Assembly (NCBI RefSeq): GCF_009914755.1 | Contig: NC_060925.1 | Reading direction: 5' to 3' (one strand) | Source of the DNA: the human T2T-CHM13v2.0 reference genome, Homo sapiens | DNA: 64,000 bases | In this document: positions 29,640 through 43,791 of the stretch, one piece after another | Layout of the letters: the number at the start of each line of letters is the position of its first letter | Numbering within the stretch: the stretch's first letter is position 1 | The notes under the pieces: generated by a model | Told to the model about the DNA's origin: nothing | Databases searched by the model: none | Seen by the model: only the letters and a program-made list of their open reading frames with translations | Translations under genes and position numbers: made by a program

Positions 29640-30180
29640 TCTTCAGTTGCCTCTTACTTTAGCATTCATCCTACTCATCTCTACCTCATTTCCTCCTTCC
29701 TGAAAAATCTCAATTCCCATTTGGGGAAGTATGTGATTTCTCAGAGGTTGACTCCACTCTCAGCTCTGGGTTGGAGCATGTGACCCAAGCTAAGTCAGTC
29801 AACACATTCCATCTCCTTAGCCAGAGTGGTTGATTCAAGGGTGGGTAGAGAACTTACCGTTGTCTAACTAGACCGAGTCTCAGTGCTTCTGCAGAAATAC
29901 TGAGGTGAAAATGCCCTCTTTGCCAGATTTGAAGGGGGAAGAATGTAAATAGTATGTAGCCCAGAAAGCAACAGCTTAGTCTCCTAAAGGAAACAGGCCT
30001 TAGGATAAAGCTGACCCCAAGGAGATCAACACAGAGAAACCAAAAGAAATCAAATCCCTATCACATCACCAAGTCATTGCCTAAAGCCAACATTACCTTA
30101 ACAATAATTTGAACAAATATATCCCTTTTACTATTTAAGCCAGCATTAGTTGCAGTTTTTCTTACTCTCTACCAAAGCCA
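29640..30180 (+). mobile_element. Old MaLR LTR (MLT1K-like)
   Basis: gagcatgtgacccaagctaagtcagtca..tggttgattcaagggtggg..tttaagccag..gttgcagtttttcttact. Confidence 0.6.
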
Positions 30181-30201
30181 TGCCATCAACTTGGTGATGA
30201 G

Positions 30202-30511
<310 letters not shown>

Positions 30512-31299
30512 AGTGATGAGGTTTTAAAGATGTAATGAAGTTGTGAATGAGAAACAGTAAAAAGCTACACATGAATAAGATTTAATACTTGTGATTATGA
30601 TAACAATGACAATGATGATAGAAGTGAAGGAGGAAATTAGTGCCTTTCAATAAACATGGTACTGGAATTTCATGTGGATCAGAAGTTTCCTTCAGTGGAA
30701 AACAAAATTAGTTCCCTCCTCCATGTTTCCCCAATTCATCTTATGATGTTCTTCCAAAAACATACTATTATATGCCCCTGATAATACCATACCAGATAAT
30801 GGATTTCTTCCTGACTTCACCTTCTACTTGTTTGCCTCCATTACTTTGCTCATACTGTTTCCTCCTCTAGGCTTTTTCTTGCCTATTCTCATTTTTTGAA
30901 ATTCTTCTCAACCTGCAAAACCTGGCTGAATGAAACCTTCTCTGACCATTCTTTCTTCTTTGATTCCTTTCTGTATTTTACCTACTTCTAATCTTGATCC
31001 CTGCCATGTGTTGGAGCCATTTTCACATGTCTGGATCCCCCACTGAGATTGTAATCTCTTAGAGTAGATGCTAAGCTGCTTATAAACTGCAGAGAGAAAG
31101 AGCTGCATACAACATCTGCCACTGCACTAATGTTCAGGGTGATTCAGCCAATGTGGTCCTAATTCCACCTTGAACAGTCATCCATCAAAGGCATATAAGG
31201 AGCACCTTTCGAAGAGATGGGAACTTCTTACATTCAGGGATACCCAGACAGTAATCCAGCCAGGGCTTGTGAAGAAAGACAGGTAAGTGGTGACTGAGC

Positions 31300-31382
31300 A
31301 AAGAGGAAAGGAAGGAAGAAAGAAAGGAGAGAGGGAAGGAAGAAAGGAGGGAGGGAGGGAGGAAGGAAGAATGGAAAAGAGG
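31300..31382. repeat. GA-rich low-complexity tract
   Basis: (GGAA/GGGA)-like purine run. Confidence 0.85.
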
Positions 31383-31659
31383 ATTGTGGTTTAGGGGATG
31401 TTACCAAAGGATGCTAAAGGCAAAACCGTTCATAGCTCTTGTCTGCCTTCTTATATTTAGGGTGAAAAGACATGGTCAGAGTGCCTGTTAGGCATTGCTG
31501 TTCTCCAGGGAATATCCACAGGGTAATCAGAAGTCCAGAGTCTCTTCTGTATGTGTTCCAGTTAGTTGTATTATTGTATGTTTATAAATATAAAATAAAA
31601 CATGAATAATAATTGAGTATACTATTTGAAATTAGAGTTTCATTTGTTTTTTTATAATC

Positions 31660-32820
31660 TGATATTTTATTTTAGATACAGGAGTTACATGTGCAGGTTT
31701 GTTACGTGGGTGTACAGCATGATGCTGAGGTTTGGGGTAGAGATCCTGTCATCCAGAGAGTGAGCATAGGACCCAATAAGTGGCTTATTAACCCACACTT
31801 CCCTCCTAGCCTCCTTCCTCTAGTAGTCCACAGTGTCTATTGTTCCCATAAAGACAAAAAAAAATAGACATTGTTTAGCTCCCACTTATAAGTGAGAACA
31901 AGTGATATTTGGTTTTCTGTTCCTGTGTTAACTTGCCTAGAAATGCAGTCTCTTGATGCATCCATGTGACTGCAAAGGACACAATTTCATTCTTTTTATG
32001 TGCATAGTATTTTATGCACAGGTACAATCTTTTCTTTTCTTTTCTTTCTTTCTCTTTCTTTCTTTCTTTCTTTCTTCTTTCCTCCTTCTTCTTTCTTTCT
32101 TTCTTTTTTTCTTTCTTCTTTCTTTTTTTTTGAGGCAGGGTTCTCACTTTGGAGAGGCTGGAGTGTACTGACCTGAACATAGCTCATTGCACTCTCAACC
32201 TCCCAGGCTCAAGCGATCCTGCCACTCAGCCCACCAAGTAGCTGGGACTACAGGCACACACCACCACACCTGCCTAATTTTTGTATTTTTGTAGAGACGG
32301 GGCTTTTCCATGTTGTCCAGGCTGGTCTCGAACTCCTGAGCTTAAGCAATCTGCCTGCCACAGCCTCCCAAAGTGCTGAGATTACAGGCGTGAGTCACCA
32401 TGTGCAGCCACCATCTATTTTCTTTATCCAGTCCACCATTGATGGGCACCTAGTTTGATTCCATGTCTTTGCTATTGTGATTGTGACTATAATAGTGATG
32501 AGCATATGAGTGCAGGTGTCTTTTTGGTAGAACAATTTATTTTCTTTTGGGTATATACCCAGTAATGGGATTGCTGGGCCAAATGGTAGCTCTCTTTTAA
32601 GTTCTTGAGAAATCTCCAACTGCTTTCCTCAGTGGCTGAACTAACTTATATTCCCAATAGTGTATAAGTGTTCCCTTTACTCCACAGCCTTGCCAGCATC
32701 TGTTATTGTTGCACTTTTTAATAATAGCTATCTGACTGGTGTGAGATGGTACCTTATTGAATGGCTTTGATTTGCATATCTCTAATGATTAGTGATGAGC
32801 GTTTTTCATATATTTGTTGT
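31660..32820 (-). mobile_element. L1PA15/16-like 3' fragment interrupted by an Alu
   Basis: acatgtgcaggtttgttac..tttagctcccacttataagtgagaac; ORF2 remnant LKRELPFGPAIPLLGIYPKE. Confidence 0.9.
32030..32409 (-). mobile_element. AluJ with tail expanded into (TTTC)n
   Basis: ctcaacctcccaggctcaagcgatcct (J diagnostic); ~100-nt TTTC-rich tail. Confidence 0.9.
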
Positions 32821-34429
32821 ATAGGCTCATTTCTAATCTTAGTTCTGACACTGTGAAGGTGTGAATTTGGTTAAGTTCCTCAATTCTCAGCTGCACTTAT
32901 CTGAGATAATAATGGGGATAATGATAGTTGTAAAATGGGGTTAATAGTAGCTGATTCCAGTGTCTGTTTTAATTGTTAAATAAAATAATATTTGTAAAAG
33001 TGTCATACTACTTGGTATATGGTAATGTAATAAATCAGTAGCTGTCAGCAGTAGAGGTCAAAGTAGTAATCATTAATTTGGATATGGATTTCTCTCTTTG
33101 ATTCAATCAGCTGTCTCTAGAAAAGCAAGCCTTGGGATAACAAGCACACCATATTCCAGAGTAAAGCCATGAAAGAATTTGGCAACACTGCTGACAATCC
33201 TGGTATTCAAACTTCCTAAAATAGTGACCTTGGCCATGCCAGATAAGCATTAAGACATTGGTACTTATTGTATTTGAGTGAGAATTTTTTTTTTTTTACA
33301 ACCAATAGTCACTAATCATAAAATTTCCTGTGTTTGCAAACATTTACTTGGTTGGCATATTATAGAAGATCTGTTTCAAGGTTATTCCTATGAAAATGTT
33401 ACTCTCATCCTTTTGTGTTTTCATATTATGTTTTCCGGAGAGAGAAAGGGTGGAAAGACACAGCTGGGATGCCCAGAAGAGTCAATGTCCCTGGGCATTC
33501 CCCATGGAGGAGTGCCGCCCCTGCGAGTGTCATTTGCCACATGTGTATCAATGGAAACTATTTTAGAAGCTGCCTATGCAGGTGATTGGAAACTGTCAAA
33601 GGATTTTGAACATTTGGGGGATAGGGTCAAATTTTTGTAGTAGATACATCATTCTGATAGCAGAAGGAAGGTTGGATAATGTGTCCTACCCACCCTTACT
33701 TCAGGCATTTCCTTCTACTCTTTCTCCCATTATCTGCTACAGCACTCTCCTACCCCACCAGCACTTCTCTCAACCCTGAACAAAGAGCCTGAAATCTTGG
33801 GTGTTCATTTTAAAATACAATTAAACAAGTCTATCATGGGTACATAATGTTTCTTCCAGAAATAAATTAACATAGCCTGCCAAATTCTAAAAGAGGACAC
33901 TTAATCATTGGGAACCTTCCATATCTGGACTTACTCCATCAATCACAATGCTTATGCAGTTTAGGGATACATGACTCTGTAGTTCCTGGTTGTGTGCCAG
34001 TTCACATGTGTTTGTAGTAGGAAGCCCCAGGTTATAGGAGGGATTGAGATAGTATTATGACCAAAGGACCATGAGAAACAAAGGATTATGAGAAACAGAG
34101 GGCCATCTAAAAGAGATGTTGCTGGAAACACATTCATGTGCCATGTCTCTTCAAGGTTTCTCCTTGCTCCCTGAACATACCATGCACTTTCATATCTCTG
34201 GATGTTTTTCCTTATGCCTCTTCATCTTCATGAAATGACCTTCCTTACTACTTTACCTAACATTCTTCAAAGCCCAACTTAAATGTAGCTTCTTTGGCAC
34301 TCTACCAACCTACTCCAACTCTGTTCCAGGCACTATTACTTGCCCTCTCTCATCTGTATCACTTAGTTATTATTAATCCCCATATTATGAGCACACTTGT
34401 TAAATGCCTGGCCTCCAACAGACTAGAAC

Positions 34430-35730
34430 GCATCCTTGAAGCTTCCCTCTGCTTCATTCCCCTATAGCCAGTCCTTGGGAATTCCTACCTCCAACATGGA
34501 ACTCCAACATATAACTCAAAGCAGTTCACCTCCATCATCTCTTCTGCCATGAACCTGGACCAAGCCATAGCCATCTCTTGCTGAGTACTTCCTTCTCCCT
34601 GTTTGCACTCTTGCTTCTCTATAACATGTGTTCCAAATATTAGTCACAGTAGCAGTTTAGAAACATAATTTAGACCCTGATGATAACGTGTTGAAAACAC
34701 ATCAAAGGCTCCTCACTGCACTTGGGTTTTTAAAATCTTGATGAAGTCTTTCCAGGCCTTCTATCATCTGCCCCATCATCAGCTTACTCCATGTGCCCCC
34801 TGTTCCCTAGACCCCAGCTACAGTGGCTCTCATTTACTTCAGCAGGGTTCCCACCTCAAGGTCCTGGAAACAATGTTCTGTTTGCTTGGAATAGTCTCCC
34901 CCATCCCTCCAATGGCTTCTCCCCAGGCACCTACTCTTATAAACTCTTGATGTTCCTCTTTAACATCACTTATTCAGAGAGGTCTGACCTGACCCCCATC
35001 CTTAGCAAGGTCCCTTTATTATAATAATTCAAAATATTCTGTCATTTCCCTTAATAGATCTAAATAGAATTTATAGCTATATGTTTATTACTATATAAAA
35101 AGAATGATTAAATTTTACAGTTATGTCTTGGCTTAATGTCTATTTCCCCCAATAGATTATAAGCTTCATCAGGGCAAAAGAATGTTTTCATCTGCTTGTT
35201 ATTTTTGTGTTTGTTTGGTCACTATAGTGGGTTGAATATATTGACTATGTCCTAATCCCTGGAATCAGTGACTGTTACCTTAATTGGGAAAAAAGAATCT
35301 TTGCAAATCTAATTAAGTTAGGATCATGAGATGAGGAGATGATCCTGGATTATATAGGTGAGCCCTAAATCCAATCACAAGTGTCCTTGAAGACACACAC
35401 ACAAGAAACAGAGAGAAGAGGAAGAGGTAATGTGACTGCAGAGGCAGAAAGTGGAGTCGTATGGCCACAAACCAAGGAACACCTGCAGCCACCAGAAGCC
35501 AGAAGAGGCAAGGAATAATTCTCCCGTAGAGCTTTCAGAAGGAGCATAGGGATGTCAGCCCCTTGATTTCAGAATTCTGTCCTGCAAAACTATGAGAGAA
35601 CACGTCTGTAGATTTAAGTCACCGTGTTTGTGGTAGTTTATTACAGCAGCCCTAGGAAACTAATACTGTCATCTATATATTCCTAGGGCTGGTCAGTTAA
35701 TATGTTGAATGAATGAACAAATGAATGAGT
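34430..35730 (+). mobile_element. L2 3' region, split by an MLT1 LTR
   Basis: cctggaccaagccatagccatctcttgc..tgtttgcttggaatagtctccc..tgttgaatgaatgaacaaatgaatga. Confidence 0.7.
35223..35667 (+). mobile_element. MLT1C/D solo LTR (MaLR)
   Basis: gccctaaatccaatcacaagtgtcctt..cagccaccagaagc..cagcagccctaggaaactaatac; TSD gtcac/gtcat. Confidence 0.88.
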
Positions 35731-35810
35731 GTTCATCGACGAAAAGTTGTATACATTCATCATTATATAGAACTCACCACAGTGAATACAAAACAGTTGG
35801 TGCTCAAATT

Positions 35811-36020
35811 ATTTATTAACTTATACTGAAATGGGACTTATTTTACAAAAATAAGCATTTAAAAATGTTATGGGTATAAAATATTTTTAGAGTTTTATTA
35901 ACTTCTTATACTGAAAATTATTTATCATTTATTTATTATTATTTATTAACATACTGAAATGGGACTCATCTTACAAAAATAAGCATTTAAAAATGTTATG
36001 GGTATATAATATTTTTAGAG
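35811..36020. repeat. Near-identical 80-bp direct duplication with a scrambled spacer
   Basis: 35811-35892 vs 35941-36020. Confidence 0.9.
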
Positions 36021-37064
36021 CATACATATATATGCAGAAGCAACTTAAAGATGAAACTAGGTAAATTCCTACTTTTAAAAGTGAAAATAGTAGAACTGAG
36101 AAGGGTTATCTGACTAGCCCAAGGTCACACAGCAAGCTCAGGCTGAGGAAATTGTATTTACTTATATAGTTCCCATACCAGCATCTACTATGGTATCTTC
36201 CCTAAGTACAATCCCATCATTCTAATTAGAATCATTTGGTACATTGCTACTATCTGTAAAGACCCCAGCATTCATTATCACTAAACTAGTTAGTGTGTGT
36301 AGGTATGCACTGATAATGTAATAAATATTGAGCCAAATCCCAAGAATTGTAAGATAAAAAATTTTATCCATTCGAATTCCAAGGACTCCAAGAGAGAATA
36401 TCGACATTAGATAGACATTTACTATACTACATTTTACTTGATTTAATTATGATTTCATTTCTGATGTTCAAATATTTAAGCAGCTTATCAGGCATTATCT
36501 CTTCATTTAAGAATTCACCCAAAATATATTAAAACGCATAGAATAAACCAACTCATTTCAGAACTAACCTTTCCCACTTAATTTCTGACTTAGGGATAAC
36601 TCCACTTGAGGACTTTCTGATGATTCTGGTATAGGTTTAATGCTTTCTTACATAATGGTACATAATGAAAAAAAACTGCATCTATTTCTATCAGTACAAA
36701 AGGAGTATTCTGAATCAGTCTTTCCTTCTTCTTTCTCTGTATGGGAATGGGCAGTGTAGCTCTGGGAATCAGATTATCTGTATTTATTTCACCCATCCAA
36801 TTTTATGATTTCAGGTAAGTAACTTGACCAGTTTGTCACTCACTTATCTACCTATACAGCCATTCGAGTGTGAATTTAATAAGCATTTATTCCAACCTAC
36901 ATCATCTGATTATAAAACTCAGGTTCTTTTTTGTCATTATGTCCTTAATAGTTCCATCTTCACTGTAGATACACCATTAATCCATGTTAATAGTTGTCTA
37001 TAAAATAAACTGTATGATGATTGCTAGAATTTGGCATATTTTTTGAAGTTGTTACATATGACTA

Positions 37065-37415
<351 letters not shown>

Positions 37416-37459
37416 TTAGTCACATTCCCACCTGCACAGTGATTCTTTTTTTAAAAATT

Positions 37460-37600
37460 TATTGTATGATTATATTTATATGAAATATCTGGAATTGGTA
37501 AATCTGTAGAGCATAAGGTAGATTAGTGGTTTCCTGGAGTTTGGCAGGAAGGAGAACAAGGGAGTACCTGTGTTTGTTTCTCTTGGGGATGAAAAAATGC
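37460..37600 (+). mobile_element. L1MB-like 3'UTR fragment
   Basis: atttatatgaaatatctggaattggtaaatctgtagag..gtagattagtggtt. Confidence 0.6.
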
Positions 37601-39527
37601 ACATTGATTCTTAATTACTCACATCCTATGTAAGCTTATCCATTATATCCTTAAGTATCCTTGGGACTGGAGCCTTCAAAATATCCCTTAGAATCTATTT
37701 CTCTGAACAACTAGTTCTGGTTTTATTCATAAAATCCATATTTTTATCAGTCATATGTTCACTGATCAAAAAACTTTCCCAAGCACCTTCCATGTGAATC
37801 ACACACTGTGCTAGGCACTGATAATAAAGGAATGAAATACTAGTTCTCTTCCAAAGTAACTCACAGAATAATGGAAGATAACAGATAGGTTTTGCAAAAT
37901 AATGCCCTGAGTCCTATAATAGAGATGGCCACTGAGTGCTTTACATACCCGCTCCTCAAAGAGACACATTTGGGATGGGAGAGTGATCTGCAAGTCTTCA
38001 AAAGAAGGAGACTCTGTGAGTCTATGAGGACAAAGCTCTCTTAGTGACTGGCCCATTGGACTTCTTCACTGCTCAAAGGATCCCTCCAACTAATTCCTTT
38101 CCAGTAACTCTGATCACCCTCTTAAGATTCTTAAAGAACTTCTAAAGAGAGAGATCCTTGTGCAGACTTATCTCTCTCTGGGCAGCTGTGTGGCTACTGC
38201 CCACATGAGATAGAAACATGGTACCTTTATTTCTGCTCACATTTGCACTCTCTTACTCCCTCAATATACTTCATTAGTTTTTAGAGGAAGATTTACTCCT
38301 TCTGTGGGCTTCATTTTCAGAAAGGTCAATGAAGATCCAAATTCCCAGAGAAAAATGTTATATGATGGTTACACACTGCAAAACCCAAATCTGATTATAC
38401 CATGCCTTTGTTTCAAATCGTATAATGGCGCCCTAGTGCCTACAAAAGAAAATGCAGTCTCCTTGACCTGCGTAGAGGCCCTCTGTGGTGAGTCTTACCC
38501 AGCCTGCAGCAGCATCTCTTATCAAGATCCCCTCACCCATCAGCAGCCAGCCAGGCAGGACTCCTTTAGGTTGTGGTCAGAGAGGAGTCATTGAAAGGCT
38601 CCTGGTGGAGAGGTGCTAAGATTTGGTCTACATTTTAGGATTCTTGTTCTACATTCCCTGAATGAAGCAATGATGGCAGGAAAGTCTATGCATAACTCAA
38701 TTTGCCTCCTCAAAATCATCCTGGAATGAGGCAGGCAAATAAATAAATTAATAAATAGGGAACAAATTGTTCCTATAACCCGTCCCTGAAAACATAATTG
38801 CAAAGGATCCCCACTGTATTTACGATTGCTTCTGGGAAAATGTCAAGCTGAAGGATTGCAGGCAGCCTCCTTGAGTCACCCTAGTGACAATCATTAAGTA
38901 TTCTTAGATAATTAGGAATCTTGACAAATCCTAAATTTCCCAATAACCTAATAGTTTGTAGAAATAGCACGCTATATGTCCCAGGCAGTCTAAATAGGTG
39001 CACAAGGGTACATATGTGAAGTATTATAAGTGCTCAGTTGTCATATTTTTCCACACCCATTTATGAAACATGCTTTGAAATTAGATTTTGAATTCATCTC
39101 TGTCCTTTGTGATGAAATAAAATACAAAACATTGAAAAAGTTAAACCAGTTAAGCAACAACACAAACTACTCTTCCCTACTAGGCAATAATCTAGTTAGA
39201 TGGAAAAAACCCTTCAGCAATTTGGAGAGTTATATTCAAAATAATTCCATCTGTAACTAACAACATTTGATTGTTAAATTATTATATTGAACAAATAATC
39301 ACAAGATTTGTCACCTTTGATGGATTTATTAATTCAATAAATATTTGTTATGCATCTGTTACACTCAACAAAGAATAAATTGTTGATCAAGACATTGTAC
39401 TTGCTTTCAAGAAGTGGAGTAGGTCTATTTATTTTGAAGTCTTACTGGCATGAAATAAAAACCAATATAGGACACGATTTGATCTGTCCTCCTTCACAAT
39501 AGCAAGTGTAGCAAATAGCAATTCTGA

Positions 39528-39571
39528 CACACACACACACACACACACAGATGCACACACAAACACACACA
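39528..39571. repeat. Interrupted (CA)n
   Basis: CA run with gatg and aa interruptions. Confidence 0.9.
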
Positions 39572-40137
39572 CTGGTAACACTGATTAAGAATAAGCCTTA
39601 CACTGTTATTGACCTCAGTCCTAAATTAGTTAACTTCATTGATTTTATGCTCCAAATGTTGGTTACATGTTCATTTTCCCAAATCTAACCCCAAGGCTCA
39701 TTTTCCCATGGTCACACTTTCTTCTCTGTGCTCGACTTTGGACTTGGATTTTGATTCCTCCTGAAATACAGCATTTCCATTTGTCTTGAGTAAACATTCA
39801 CCCCATCTCATCTGGAGTTTAAAGGCTATGACCGAGTATCAGGAGAAGAGGCACAACTTGCCCCTGCCCGTTGTTATAAAATGACCCCATCTAACAGCCC
39901 AACATAATGATCCCACACTTCAAAGGAGAAATGTGTAAATCTAAGAAATATGATGGAACATGAAACGTAAGTCAAGGTTCTACTTGTTCTGTGACATTAT
40001 AAAAACATGCAAATATGACATTGAAATAGTGACAAAAAACAAAGAAACTCTGGGTGTGTTGCCTTATAAAGAACCATATTGTCACCACATCAGTGGAGTC
40101 TCTGACCCCTTCTTTTATCATTTTAGTGTCTATCTGC

Positions 40138-40435
<298 letters not shown>

Positions 40436-42912
40436 TAATCTCTTTTTTACCTAATTTCATAAGTGACTCCCAGGCAGATGGTCAATTATTTTGGTATCTT
40501 TAGACATTATTTTCCAATCCTACCAAAGGCTGGAAAACTCTTTAGAATATGTCATTTTGTGTCTATTATCTTTATCCAGTTTATGAAAATGTGACATATT
40601 TGACATCACTTGCTGTATTTGTTAGGTTAGTTTTATTGATTCTAGAATTGTTTAGAGCATTAACTATATAGCAGGCTCTGTATCCAGCCACTGGTGATAT
40701 AATAGCTAACAAGACAGCTATGAGCCCATCCTTTAGAAAGCTTACTATCTTGTGTAAAGGACATTTTATATATTAGGCTCATAGATGTACACCAGGTTAT
40801 TTTTCACTAGAAGCTTTTAGAAAACATCCCTTATCCAAAACTGTTAAAGCTATTTATGCTTCTGAAATCCTTTTTGTAAGGCACAAAGCCTTGCTATTAT
40901 TGAACTGGAAGATAGTGATTGAAATGTAAAAGACTATGGTAGAGAGACCACCTTGGCTTAAATTCACACTAAAGTGTAAACGACTGACACTTGATATTAT
41001 TTTACGAATAGAATTCTTGATGGCAGAGGGGCAAAGAAGAGGGTACACTGGACTGTGAATTCAAGGAATCATGGTGAAGAGAAACTTGGTGTTACGAGAA
41101 GAGAAATAGCTTTCCAAATAATTTAGCTTATGATCAGTCCTTTGCGATATTTTTTGCTGAAAAAAAATATTCTGGAATCAGAATTCTGGTTTCTTCTTTA
41201 GGCTCTACAACTTTACTATGTAGCTCTGAATATGTCAACTAGCCTCTTAAAGAGAGATTGAAATTATGTGTTTATTAAAAGGAGGACAAATTCTGTCCTA
41301 CTATGTCACAGATTTGTTTCAATGTCAGTATTGCTCACAGGCTATACAAATGTAAGGTGTTAATGAGGCAGGCCCACTTTTATACCATCATGGACATCTC
41401 GAATTATCTTCAAAACATGAATAAAACATGTGCAGTCTGGGGTGCTAATTTACAGTTAATTATAAACACATAAACCTTCTTTGTTGATCCAATTTCAAAT
41501 GTGCTAATTTCACTCTTTTAAAACAATGAACTTCAACTTACTTAAAGTCATGCTTTCAGATTACAATGAACTGACCATTCCTGTATGTCCATCAAAAGAA
41601 TTATTGTGTCACAGAGCTTATCTCACACTTTTGAAATAAATGTGTTCCAGTAGGATTGGCTGGTTTCTGTTATCTAATCGTCTCACAGTTAACATGTGCA
41701 ATAGACATTTCACTTAAAACGTCTTTCTTTTATGCTCTTAAAACAATTGTTTTCTGGAAAAGGTTGTTTCTTCTTTCGTATCAGCCAGATTTAATCGCAG
41801 GTCATGAAACTCAATGGACTTGTTAAATCCTTCCTGCCAGCATTCCTTACAGGTCTATTCCTTGCCCTGGATGGGCCACCTGATTCTTGGCCCCAGATTC
41901 CACCAGGACCACCAGCTTTGACACACCCCTGCATTTGTCTTACTTTGGCAACCCCCTGCTTGCCCTCTTGTCTTTAGCTCCGGGAGTCCTTGCTGAGAGG
42001 TTAGCCTACTGAGGTTCAAAGACATTAAGCCTCTGCCCACAGACACATGGACAAGGTCAACCTTTAAGATTTGAACTTAAGTTTCTAAGGCACCAAAGTC
42101 CATGTTTGTTCTATCACATCCTGCTGGTTTATAGAGTGTCCGATTTCTGCATAGTGAGAATCTTTTTTAGTGGGAGATACCTGGGTTATAGTATTTTATT
42201 TTTTAAAATTACCTGTGTTAAAATATGTTTTGTGATGTGTAGGACAAAGAAGGCTATTTAAATTGAAATCATTTTCCTTGTATCCGAGATCTCTAAATCT
42301 CATGCACATTAAGTTTGAATTAACATTAACAAGGGTCTAACAGCTTTGATGCTGTGTTCTTAGATAATTAAATTCTTAGAAAATCATTCCACATTTGAGG
42401 GAGAAGCGAAGGACGCAGAGAGTTCAGTCTTAATTCAAAGTCGCTTATACATTGTTACCTGCTGTTTCCAGGCTTTCACGGAATCAGCAGGGAGGATTTG
42501 ATATTAAAAATCAGGTTTTTTCTCTCTTTTTGCGGGGAGAGGGTGAAAATCCTTGTAGGGGGAGTGGAATTATTAACTGGAACTCTTTCTGAGCTATCAC
42601 TTTACCTTGGCATCTCATCATGTGCTGGAAGATCCAGTCTGTTTTGCAGGCTAAAGCTGAGGCTTGTACCAGTAAGGTTCCTCTATAACCTTATTACACA
42701 AAGTGCTTTATAATTTACAAAGCCACTTTTTCATTCATTATTGCACGTGACCCTCATAGCCACCTCAGGAAGTTTGAAAGACGGCATATTCTTCCAGAGT
42801 ATCATCCCAAGAGAGACTGACCAGCTGTCCATAGGCCCCATGAGATGGTACTTACCTTGAATAAATCATCCTAAGCTATTATTTAGAGCTTAGGATTTAG
42901 TCTCTCTCTGCC

Positions 42913-42920
<8 letters not shown>

Positions 42921-42943
<23 letters not shown>

Positions 42944-42995
42944 GACATGGTCTTCCTCTCTCACCCAGGCTGGAGTGCAGTGGTGTGATAATATC
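42921..42995 (-). mobile_element. Short Alu 3' fragment with long T tail, preceded by a C run
   Basis: T tract followed by gacatggtcttcctctctcacccaggctggagtgcagtggtgtgat. Confidence 0.8.
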
Positions 42996-43597
42996 TGACC
43001 TGAGACTTAAAGTCATAAAATTAATCTTCTCCTGTCTTAAAAGTGAGTGGGCTTGGAATATTGACTCATAGTAACAAACCTCACAAGAGACTGATGAATA
43101 TACTTGAATTCTAGCTTACTCTTTAGGATGAGAAATAAAATGGTCAGTGGGCATTAATGGTTAAAAGCAGCATGACCAGGACATTTTTTTCCAGGACAGA
43201 CAAGTTATCAAAATGAGAAAGCTGAGGCTTAGAAAGATGAAATAACTTGCCCTAAGTCACCCAGTTGGGAAATGAAAACAACCTGAACGTTTTATCTCTG
43301 CCCCAGGGATAGAACTGCCACCAGGATGAAACTGAAGTGGTAGTGGTGCTGGTGATGGTGGTGGGGGGCGCGGGGTGGTCCTTAGACTAATCTCCTCTCC
43401 TGGTCCTGTTCTTAGACTCTTATTATCCTATGTGCCAGGCTCCACTAGTACATTTGGAACAGTTCATTCCATTTCTGCAGAAAATGAAAAATTTAAAGGA
43501 TATTACAATAGCATCTTGCAAATAGAGACCTTATCTGCCTTGTTCTAAACACCATTGTATTTTCAGCACCTGGCCCAAAGTAGGCACTCAGTAGATG

Positions 43598-43791
43598 TGG
43601 GAAGAAGGAAGAAAAGGAGGAAGGAAAGAAGAGAGAAAGAGGGAGGGAGGAAGAGAGGAAGGGAAAAATAAAGAAAGGAATGAAGGAAAAAAGAAAAAAG
43701 GAAGGGAGGAAGACAGAAAGGAAGAAAAGGCAGAGTGAAAAGGAAGAAAGAAAAGAAAAAAGAAGGAGGGAGGGAAGGAGAGAAGGAAGAA
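43598..43791. repeat. GA-rich low-complexity tract at an L2 tail
   Basis: ~190 nt almost pure purine after ..gtaggcactcagtagatg. Confidence 0.88.

Noticed and set aside
38425-38492. CTCF-like strings ggcgccctagtgc and gccctctgtgg
   Set aside because: Each lacks 1-2 core positions, so spacing does not fit the motif
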